NCBI GenBank assembly: GCA_964487115.1
Contig: CAZAPD010000070.1
Location: 1-14,541, forward strand
Direction: 5' to 3'
Source: an uncultured Thermococci archaeon
GTDB taxonomy: Archaea > Methanobacteriota_B > Thermococci > Thermococcales > Thermococcaceae
Length of the DNA: 14,541 nucleotides
Below are positions 7,344-14,541 of the stretch, in pieces (position 1 is the stretch's first letter; each line of letters starts with the position of its first letter). The translations under genes were made by a program, and so were the position numbers. The notes under the pieces were generated by a model. It searched no databases and was not told the DNA's origin. It was given only the letters and a program-made list of their open reading frames with translations.

Positions 7344-8266
7344 ATCCAGCTTGGAATATAGCCCTGAAAGAGCTCTACACTTCAGTGAAAAGCCGGAGAT
7401 TTGTGATAATTATCGGTTTCTACCTCCTTATTTTTGCTTTGGCTGTTTACAGTACTAAAGACTACCTGATCAGAATGGGTGTCCCTCAAGTTGAATCCAA
7501 CAATCTCTTCCTTTGGGGCGTTACCGGTGAGGTCTATATGACTCCATTTGCAATGCTTTTCATGATAAACATGACCATAATCACAGTTATAGGTGCAATA
7601 CTCGGTGCGGCCCTTGGAGCAGATGCTATAAACAGAGAAATTGAGACAGGAACAGCCAAAGTCCTCCTTGGGCATCCAGTTTATCGGGATGAAGTTATTA
7701 ACGGTAAATTCCTTGGTATGGGAATACTTATAACAATAACAAACTTTGTGGTCTATATAACCATCATAGCTGTAATGATGATCCTTGGAATTCCCATTGA
7801 TGGGGAATCCATCTTCAGAGGATTTTTGGCAATGCTGGTAACGATACTCTACACACTTGTGTTTTTATCCATCGGTCTGATGTTTTCTACTTTTTTCAAG
7901 AAATCCGGCTCTTCTACATTCGTGGCTACTGGCTTGGCAATATTTCTCACAGTTTTCTATGGTATTGTTGTAGGTGTAATCGCACCAAAGCTCGCTGGAC
8001 CGGAACCCCCTTGGGGCACGAGTGCCCATAGTGCATGGCAGGAAAGTATGAATACATGGATGGCCCGGCTTCACTTCCTTAATCCTGCCCACCATTACGC
8101 CCAGCTTGTCCAGTATATCTTTGGAGGCGACAAATTCTTTAACTATTACATTTCACTGAGGGACTCATTTGTCTATGGCTTTAACAATCTGGCAATGCTC
8201 TTCGTGATGCTTCTTCTGCCTTTTGCTTTTGCCTACGTGAGGTTTTTGACGAGTGATCTTAGATAA
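7340..8266 (+). CDS. ABC-2 type (NosY/COG1277-like) permease
   Basis: IALKEL N-terminus, GADAINREIETGTAKVLLGHPVYRDEVINGKF motif, about six TM helices, C-terminal F..SDLR. Confidence 0.9.
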   Translation: MNPAWNIALKELYTSVKSRRFVIIIGFYLLIFALAVYSTKDYLIRMGVPQVESNNLFLWGVTGEVYMTPFAMLFMINMTIITVIGAILGAALGADAINREIETGTAKVLLGHPVYRDEVINGKFLGMGILITITNFVVYITIIAVMMILGIPIDGESIFRGFLAMLVTILYTLVFLSIGLMFSTFFKKSGSSTFVATGLAIFLTVFYGIVVGVIAPKLAGPEPPWGTSAHSAWQESMNTWMARLHFLNPAHHYAQLVQYIFGGDKFFNYYISLRDSFVYGFNNLAMLFVMLLLPFAFAYVRFLTSDLR

Positions 8267-8280
8267 AACTTGATGAAGAT

Positions 8281-9720
8281 TCAACCCTTAGCAACTCCAA
8301 TCGGTCTCATCCTGGCAACGAGCTTGGCAATTCCCGCTTGATGGACGACCCTAACAACGTTGTCAACATTTTTATATGCTCCTGGAGCTTCTTCAGCGAC
8401 AACACGCATGCTTGCAGCCCTCACGTAAATTCCCTTCTGGAGAAGCTCGTTTTTCAGCCTGTCGCCGCGGTACTGCCGTGTAGCTGCCTTTCTGCTGAGC
8501 AGCCTGCCGGCACCGTGGCATGTTGAACCGAAAGCTTCCTTCATCGAGCCTTCTGTACCAGCTAAAACGTAACTCGCCGTCCCCATAGAGCCTGGAATGA
8601 GAACTGGTTGGCCCACATTCCTGTATGCTTTGGGCACATCAGGATGCTTGGGTGGAAAAGCTCTGGTAGCACCTTTCCTATGCACAACAACTTTTACTTT
8701 TTTGCCGTTTATCTCATGCTCCTCAAGCTTGGCTATGTTATGAGCAACATCATAGACTATACTCATCTCCATGTCCTCCGCTCTGCGCCTGAAGACATTC
8801 TCAAAACTTTCTCTTATCCAGTGAACTATCATCTGTCTGTTTGCCCAGGCAAAGTTTGCGGCGGCTTTCATTGCACTGAAGTATCTCTGCCCCTCTTCAC
8901 TCTGAAATGGAACGCTGACGAGCTCACGGTCTGGCCATGGGATGCGATACTTCCTTACAGCTCTCTCCATTATCCTGAGGTAGTCGCTCGCAACCTGATG
9001 ACCCAGGCCTCTGCTTCCTGTGTGTTCCATAACAACTATCTGACCTTCAAAGAGACCGTAAGCTTTGGCAACATCCTCGTCGTAAATCTTGTCCACGACC
9101 TGAACCTCAAGGAAGTGATTTCCTGAGCCTAAAGAACCCAGCTGAGGAGCACCTCTCTGCTTTGCTTTCTGGCTTACTGCACTTGGGTCGGCCCCTTCCA
9201 TCCTTCCGCCTTCTTCAAGATGCTCCAGATCCTCTTTCCAGCCATAGCCGTTCTCAACCGCCCACCTTGCACCATCGGCTAAGACATCATCAAGCTGGGT
9301 CCAATGAAGTCTTACTCTTCCTTTGCTTCCTAACCCTGAGGGTACATTCTTGAAGAGAGTGTCGATGAGCTGTTTAATCCTCGGGCGAACTTCTTTTTCA
9401 GTTAAATTCGTTCTAATAAGACGGACGCCACAGTTAATGTCATATCCAACCCCACCGGGGCTTATTATGCCTTCTCTGGCATCAAAAGCTGCCACTCCAC
9501 CAATTGGAAAGCCGTAGCCCTGATGACCGTCGGGCATGACTATGGAGTACCTGTATATCCCGGGTAGCATGGCAACATTAGCAGCCTGTTCAAGTGTCCT
9601 ATCCCCTCGCATCTTTTCAATTAAGAGGTCATCCGCATACACCCTGCCTGGAACCCTCATCCGTCTGTCAAACTTTGGTATCTCCCATCTTATCCTATCT
9701 ATTCTCTTCAGCGGAACCAT
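8281..9720 (-). CDS. rtcB: RNA-splicing ligase RtcB (3'-phosphate/5'-OH ligase), intein-free
   Basis: [21 protein letters not shown] (D94,C97), [15 protein letters not shown] (H233), [32 protein letters not shown], terminal KG; SD GGTGA upstream. Confidence 0.98.
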   Translation of the reverse strand: MVPLKRIDRIRWEIPKFDRRMRVPGRVYADDLLIEKMRGDRTLEQAANVAMLPGIYRYSIVMPDGHQGYGFPIGGVAAFDAREGIISPGGVGYDINCGVRLIRTNLTEKEVRPRIKQLIDTLFKNVPSGLGSKGRVRLHWTQLDDVLADGARWAVENGYGWKEDLEHLEEGGRMEGADPSAVSQKAKQRGAPQLGSLGSGNHFLEVQVVDKIYDEDVAKAYGLFEGQIVVMEHTGSRGLGHQVASDYLRIMERAVRKYRIPWPDRELVSVPFQSEEGQRYFSAMKAAANFAWANRQMIVHWIRESFENVFRRRAEDMEMSIVYDVAHNIAKLEEHEINGKKVKVVVHRKGATRAFPPKHPDVPKAYRNVGQPVLIPGSMGTASYVLAGTEGSMKEAFGSTCHGAGRLLSRKAATRQYRGDRLKNELLQKGIYVRAASMRVVAEEAPGAYKNVDNVVRVVHQAGIAKLVARMRPIGVAKG

Positions 9721-9750
9721 TCTCTCACCCCAGTTTAGATTCTCCCAATG

Positions 9751-10209
9751 TTATTTAAACATTAACCGTCTCTCCTTCGGAATGTAGTTGTAGACTCTAC
9801 CCCATTTTATCCTGCCGGTTCCAAGATAATAACTGCCCCATTTGAGAATTATCCATCCTTCAAGCTCCGTATCAATTTGGATACTTTCTCCAGCAAGGTA
9901 ACGCTTTGCTCTCTCTTCGTCAAGTTCCAGAACATTCTTAGTCGCCCTTGGTCCAACGAGAAAGCTTCCCTCTATGCTGAGCCGTATTCCATTGCTCTCC
10001 ATCCTTCCGAAGTAAAGACCTCTATCCATTCGAATCCCCGGATCAAAGCTGCAGGGTTTATACGCATATACCTTCCTGTTCCTTCGGATCTCATACATCA
10101 AGTTTGGAGCATAGCCAAACTGCTCAATCAGGGCTTTTTTCACGGTTTCATTATCTTTGCTATAAAAAATGCCTCGCTGTCGTTGTCTTGGGGATGTATC
10201 CTGAGGCAT
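9751..10209 (-). CDS. Stand-alone PUA-like protein resembling the RsmF/YebU C-terminal (NIP7-like) domain; start either ATG 10209 or GTG 10143
   Basis: GLYFGR....IRLSIEGS, NVLELDEERAKRYLAGESI, GWIILKW..YYLGTG, NYIPKERR resemble the C-terminal part of RsmF-type methyltransferases; directly downstream of the m5C methyltransferase. Confidence 0.75.
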   Translation of the reverse strand: MPQDTSPRQRQRGIFYSKDNETVKKALIEQFGYAPNLMYEIRRNRKVYAYKPCSFDPGIRMDRGLYFGRMESNGIRLSIEGSFLVGPRATKNVLELDEERAKRYLAGESIQIDTELEGWIILKWGSYYLGTGRIKWGRVYNYIPKERRLMFK

Positions 10210-11063
10210 TTCCTCACCTCCTCCGAGTATTTCCTCCCTTCAAATTCGATTACGGGATCACTCCATTTTAGGGGAAGGTTAATTCGTTTTAGCTGTGCAT
10301 CTGTTTTCCGCAGAAGATAATCAACCACTTCCTCATTCTCAAGGGGATCAATCGTGCACGTTGAATAAACCAGAACTCCACCGGGCTTTAACGCTTTGTA
10401 AGCGGCCAGTATAAGTCTCCTCTGGATGTTTGAATATCTAAGCACTGTCTTCAGCTGCCACTCTTTCAGAAACTTGAAGCTTTTTCTTATCATTCCAACG
10501 CTTGAACATGGTGCATCAAGGAGGATTCTATCAAAAGTATTCTCAAATCTTCCAAAGTAGCGACCATCCTTTATCGTAACTCTTGTATTGAGAACCCCCA
10601 TTCTGTTTAGATTGGCTATTAGGACATTTACACGTCCTTTTTTTATGTCATTTGCAATTATACAACCTTTATTATCCATGTATTGGGCAATCTGTGTAGT
10701 TTTTGCTCCCGGAGCGGCGGCCATGTCAAGAACCAGCTCACCGGGTTTTGGATCAAGGGCAACAGGTGGTATCATGGAGCTCGCTTCCTGTCCGAAAATG
10801 AGCCCCAGACTATGCTCCGGAATTGTCGCGAGATTCTTTACGTCTATGTAGAATCCCTCCTTCACCCACGGAATTGGCTTCAGATCGAATTGTTCCTCAA
10901 GCCTTTTTCGTACATATTCAACCTCTGCCTTCAGGCTGTTTATTCGTATGCTTTGCTTCAAAGGTCTCAGCATGAACTCCCAGAACTCATCGGAATCATC
11001 TATCCGGGAATAACGCTCATAAAATGCCGGATTAAGTTCTTTAACCATGCCCCGTGTGTTCAT
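10140..11063 (-). CDS. RsmB/NOP2/NSUN family RNA (cytosine-C5) methyltransferase, aTrm4-like
   Basis: QEASSM, DMAAAPGAKT (SAM binding), DAPCS and YSTCT (both catalytic Cys), ENEEVV, RIHP, FFIAKI; adjacent to archease as in the known Pyrococcus abyssi archease-Trm4 pair. Confidence 0.95.
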   Translation of the reverse strand: MNTRGMVKELNPAFYERYSRIDDSDEFWEFMLRPLKQSIRINSLKAEVEYVRKRLEEQFDLKPIPWVKEGFYIDVKNLATIPEHSLGLIFGQEASSMIPPVALDPKPGELVLDMAAAPGAKTTQIAQYMDNKGCIIANDIKKGRVNVLIANLNRMGVLNTRVTIKDGRYFGRFENTFDRILLDAPCSSVGMIRKSFKFLKEWQLKTVLRYSNIQRRLILAAYKALKPGGVLVYSTCTIDPLENEEVVDYLLRKTDAQLKRINLPLKWSDPVIEFEGRKYSEEVRKCLRIHPQDNDSEAFFIAKIMKP

Positions 11064-11072
11064 TGGACCACC

Positions 11073-11501
11073 TCATATGTCGAGCACCAGCTGGGCCATC
11101 CACCTTCCATCCTCAAGCTGCTTTATGGCTATATCATGGTACGTTATGGCTTTTACTTCTTCCTTGGGCTCATGTTTTTCATAATTCAAGTGCTCTCCAC
11201 AGATTTTTGCCCTCAGTCTATAGCCGTGGCTGGTTTTCTCAATTTCAACTTTAAAGTCGCCAAATACAAGCCCTTCAATGTCATGTAAAACGAGAAGCTC
11301 CTCTAAGAAGTTATACAAGAGAGCTTCGAGGTCATTCCCCTCAACTCCAACCTCACGACACTCCTCGGATTGAACGTTTTTCACATTAACCATCACATCA
11401 AAGAGCGCTGAAGCTATGGCTTCAAATGCTTCCTCCAGAGTTGTGCCATACCCTCTTATCCCTACATCAGCAGTGTGCTCATAATGCTCCCAAGTCCCCA
11501 T
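11073..11501 (-). CDS. Archease (RtcB activator)
   Basis: EHTADVG N-terminal motif, LEEAFEA, VKAITYH, C-terminal DI; 142 aa; SD GGAGG at 11509-11513 (-). Confidence 0.96.
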   Translation of the reverse strand: MGTWEHYEHTADVGIRGYGTTLEEAFEAIASALFDVMVNVKNVQSEECREVGVEGNDLEALLYNFLEELLVLHDIEGLVFGDFKVEIEKTSHGYRLRAKICGEHLNYEKHEPKEEVKAITYHDIAIKQLEDGRWMAQLVLDI

Positions 11502-11552
11502 GCTATCTCCTCCCTATGGTTTATTTGTTCATGTGAACTGGGGAGTGCAAAG

Positions 11553-11560
11553 ATATAAAT
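11553..11560 (-). promoter_or_regulatory. Putative TATA box of the archease-rtcB operon
   Basis: ATTTATAT on the minus strand about 50 nt upstream of the archease ATG. Confidence 0.5.
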
Positions 11561-11616
11561 CCAACCATCGAAACTGTTAATTAGCTTGGCCATGTAGATG
11601 GAAGGGGTGGTATAGC

Positions 11617-12483
11617 ATGAGAGAAATGACCCCACGGAAGATAATGGAAATGAAAGGAAAAGAAAAAATCGTCATGGTCACTGCTTACGATTATCCTTCT
11701 GCTCTTATAGCGGATAAGGCGGGCATGGACATAGTTTTTATTGGGGATTCCCTTGGCATGGTGGTCTATGGTGAGCCAAATACTTTGAATGTCTCTATGG
11801 ATCAGATGGTTTATCATACAGGAGCTGTGGCAAAGGCCGTAAGAAGGGCGCTCGTTTTGGCAGACATGCCTTTCGGAAGTTATGAGGTGAGTGTAGAAGA
11901 GGGCGTGAAAAATGCTCTTAGGCTGATTCAGGCAGGAGCCGATGCCGTAAAGATTGAAGGTGGTGCTGACCACTATGAGCTCGTTAAAAAGCTCGTGCGC
12001 ATGGGGATACCTGTTATGGGGCATACTGGTTTGACTCCACAGCGTTACCTCCGTCTGGGTGGATACAGACTTATGGGAGAGACTGAGGAGGAGATAGAGG
12101 AGATCCTGCGTGATGCAAAAGCCCTTGAAAAAGCAGGGGCATTTTCTCTTGTCATTGAATTCACGCTTTCAGACGTGGCTAAGCTCGTAACGGAGGAGAT
12201 CTCAATCCCGACGATAGGAATAGGTTCCGGGCCGTATGTTGATGGTCAGGTTCTGGTCTGGCATGATCTCCTCGGCATCTATGAGAACACACCGCCATTT
12301 GTGAAGAAGTATGCTGATCTGAGAAGCATGATCCGGCTTGCCCTTGAGGAATACCGGAGCGATGTGAAAGATGAGAAATTCCCGGGCAAGGAGCATTACT
12401 GGGAGTTTCTGGACAAGGAAGAGTTTGAGAAAAAGAAAAGAAGGGCTATGGAGAGGCTGAATAGGAATGCTGAATGGCTATAG
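11617..12483 (+). CDS. panB: 3-methyl-2-oxobutanoate hydroxymethyltransferase (ketopantoate hydroxymethyltransferase)
   Basis: [44 protein letters not shown] motifs. Confidence 0.97.
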   Translation: MREMTPRKIMEMKGKEKIVMVTAYDYPSALIADKAGMDIVFIGDSLGMVVYGEPNTLNVSMDQMVYHTGAVAKAVRRALVLADMPFGSYEVSVEEGVKNALRLIQAGADAVKIEGGADHYELVKKLVRMGIPVMGHTGLTPQRYLRLGGYRLMGETEEEIEEILRDAKALEKAGAFSLVIEFTLSDVAKLVTEEISIPTIGIGSGPYVDGQVLVWHDLLGIYENTPPFVKKYADLRSMIRLALEEYRSDVKDEKFPGKEHYWEFLDKEEFEKKKRRAMERLNRNAEWL

Positions 12484-13117
12484 GATAACGATCATAATTC
12501 CAGCTTACAACGAGGCGAGGAGAATAGGAGATGTTCTCTCAAAAATTCCGGAGTTTGTTGATGAAGTAGTCGTTGTCGATGATGGAAGCAGTGATAACAC
12601 CTATGAAGTGGCAAAATCATATGGGATTAATGCCATCAGGCTTAAGCAGAATCAGGGTAAAGGAACGGCCATGAGAGCAGGAGTTGAAAATTCAGATGGA
12701 GACATAATCGTGTTCATTGATGCAGACGGTCAGCACAGACCTGAGGAAATAATAAAGCTCGTGGAACCAATAGTAAATGATGAGGCGGACTTTGTAATAG
12801 GTGCCAGAAAAATTGAGAGGCAGGGAAAGAGACCTCTCCACAGAAGGCTGAGCAACATAATCACGACGAGACTCCTAAGGCTGAAGCTTGGGGAATATAT
12901 CTACGACACGCAGAGTGGCTTCAGGGCAATCCGAAGGGAGTTCATGCCAGAAATAGAAACAAAGCGATATGAGGTTGAGACGGAGGTTCTTATAAAGGCT
13001 GTCAGGAAGGGGGCGAGAGTTAAGGAAGTTCCGGTTTCAATGATCTATGGGCTTGAAACAGGTCATTTCAGGCTTGGAGATATTTTTCGCTTTTTATGGG
13101 CTTTGATTAGGTTTTAA
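12467..13117 (+). CDS. GT2 glycosyltransferase, dolichol-phosphate mannosyltransferase-like
   Basis: [28 protein letters not shown] (DxD), DTQSGF motifs; overlaps panB by 17 nt. Confidence 0.92.
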   Translation: MLNGYRITIIIPAYNEARRIGDVLSKIPEFVDEVVVVDDGSSDNTYEVAKSYGINAIRLKQNQGKGTAMRAGVENSDGDIIVFIDADGQHRPEEIIKLVEPIVNDEADFVIGARKIERQGKRPLHRRLSNIITTRLLRLKLGEYIYDTQSGFRAIRREFMPEIETKRYEVETEVLIKAVRKGARVKEVPVSMIYGLETGHFRLGDIFRFLWALIRF

Positions 13118-13948
13118 CTCACTTTTTATTCCAGCAGCACCGAGTGTTCCTATGGTTATTAGGATGAAGCCGGCAGCGTGATATGTGGTAAAGCTCTCCC
13201 CGAGGGCTATTCCCAGGGCTATGGCAACCGCTGGGGCAGGAGTAATTATGGCTGTCGCCTTTGATAGATTTATGAGCTTTATAGACCTGTACCATATGAC
13301 CTGACCGAGCGCTATGATAATCCCTTCAGCCAAGGCAAGTTTTGAAAATTCCAATCCCGTCAGAATTGCAAGGGGCAAAAGAATGAGGAATCCAAAGGTG
13401 TTTCTCAGGGTAGCTATTGTATAAGGTGTATACGGGAGGCGCTTTGCAATGACATGGCCGCTCTGCCAGAAGAGAGGTACAAGGAGGAGAAGAAGGTCAC
13501 CGAGATGAGGCTCAACAGCCCTCCCCTGGGTTATAACCAGTACCAAGCCGGTGAGGATTATCATGGCAAAAGAAACGAGTTTCTTTGTTATTCTCTCCCC
13601 GAGAAAGAGCCATGAGAGCAGGAATGAGAAGAATACCTCGCTTCTCGTTATCAGAGAGGCGTTTATTGCCGTGCTGAGGCGGGCACCATAGGAGTAGGAA
13701 ATATACGCCATGGCTGTTCCAAAAAATCCCATTAGGAAGGCTTTTTTTAAATGAGAGGGTTTTTCTGAGATTTCCCTCCATCCTGAGCTTGCTATTAAAA
13801 AAAGCCAGAGAATCAGGGAAGCGAATAAAGCGGAGAATGCTGCAAAGCTTATGGGGTTTGAAGGATTTGCCTTTATGACAACTGGTTCGAGACCATAGAG
13901 AAATGCCCCTGATGCGGCTAAGAGTGTCCCCAGTGATTCACGGTTCAT
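13094..13948 (-). CDS. EamA/DMT family transporter
   Basis: 284 aa, about 10 TM helices in two repeats ending LFLGE and IALGE; leaderless spacing from TTTTATAA (13972-13979, -); 24-nt convergent overlap with the GT2 gene. Confidence 0.9.
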   Translation of the reverse strand: MNRESLGTLLAASGAFLYGLEPVVIKANPSNPISFAAFSALFASLILWLFLIASSGWREISEKPSHLKKAFLMGFFGTAMAYISYSYGARLSTAINASLITRSEVFFSFLLSWLFLGERITKKLVSFAMIILTGLVLVITQGRAVEPHLGDLLLLLVPLFWQSGHVIAKRLPYTPYTIATLRNTFGFLILLPLAILTGLEFSKLALAEGIIIALGQVIWYRSIKLINLSKATAIITPAPAVAIALGIALGESFTTYHAAGFILITIGTLGAAGIKSELKPNQSP

Positions 13949-14041
13949 AGAGATTACTAAATGCCCGAAAGTTATAAAATTGATGCTCCCCTATGCTGTC
14001 CATATATGTACAAATGTCTTAACTAATTAAAGTTAAAATAA

Positions 14042-14541
<500 letters not shown>

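Noticed and set aside
8267..8320. TTGATGA C-box-like word between permease and rtcB stops
   Set aside because: No properly spaced CTGA D box; gap is only 14 nt.
8608..9126. 172-aa plus-strand ORF
   Set aside because: Antisense shadow of rtcB; no recognisable motifs.
9877..11288. Plus-strand ORFs 9877..10320 and 10683..11288
   Set aside because: Antisense to the PUA-like, methyltransferase and archease genes; atypical composition, no motifs.
209..13781. Remaining short 60-150 aa ORFs in the track overlapping called genes
   Set aside because: All lie antisense or out of frame within well-supported CDSs and look like shadow ORFs.

Overview
Thermococcales (Thermococcus/Pyrococcus-like) archaeal core-genome segment, almost fully coding. 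Left to right: 5' end of a thermosome (group II chaperonin) gene (-); small hypothetical + bud32 KEOPS kinase (+); archaeal MutS-like ATPase (-); a small membrane-protein ORF whose expected start codon seems to be missing (+); moaC (-); a three-gene module of ABC ATPase + large multi-Ig/NEW3-like surface protein + ABC-2/NosY-like permease (+); an RNA-processing operon archease - m5C RNA methyltransferase - stand-alone PUA-like protein - intein-free rtcB (-); panB + GT2 glycosyltransferase (+); EamA/DMT transporter (-); and the 5' part of a catalytic-type cas6 running off the window end (+). No CRISPR array, IS element, tRNA or rRNA is visible. Points worth follow-up: the uncharacterised ABC/surface-protein module, a higher-GC mosaic tract at about 2.6-4.0 kb carrying the start-less gene, a possible C/D-box motif between bud32 and mutS, a Glu next to a metal-binding His in RtcB, a 70-nt dual-coding overlap, and palindromes in the cas6 and ABC promoters. 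All homology calls are from motif recognition, not database searches.
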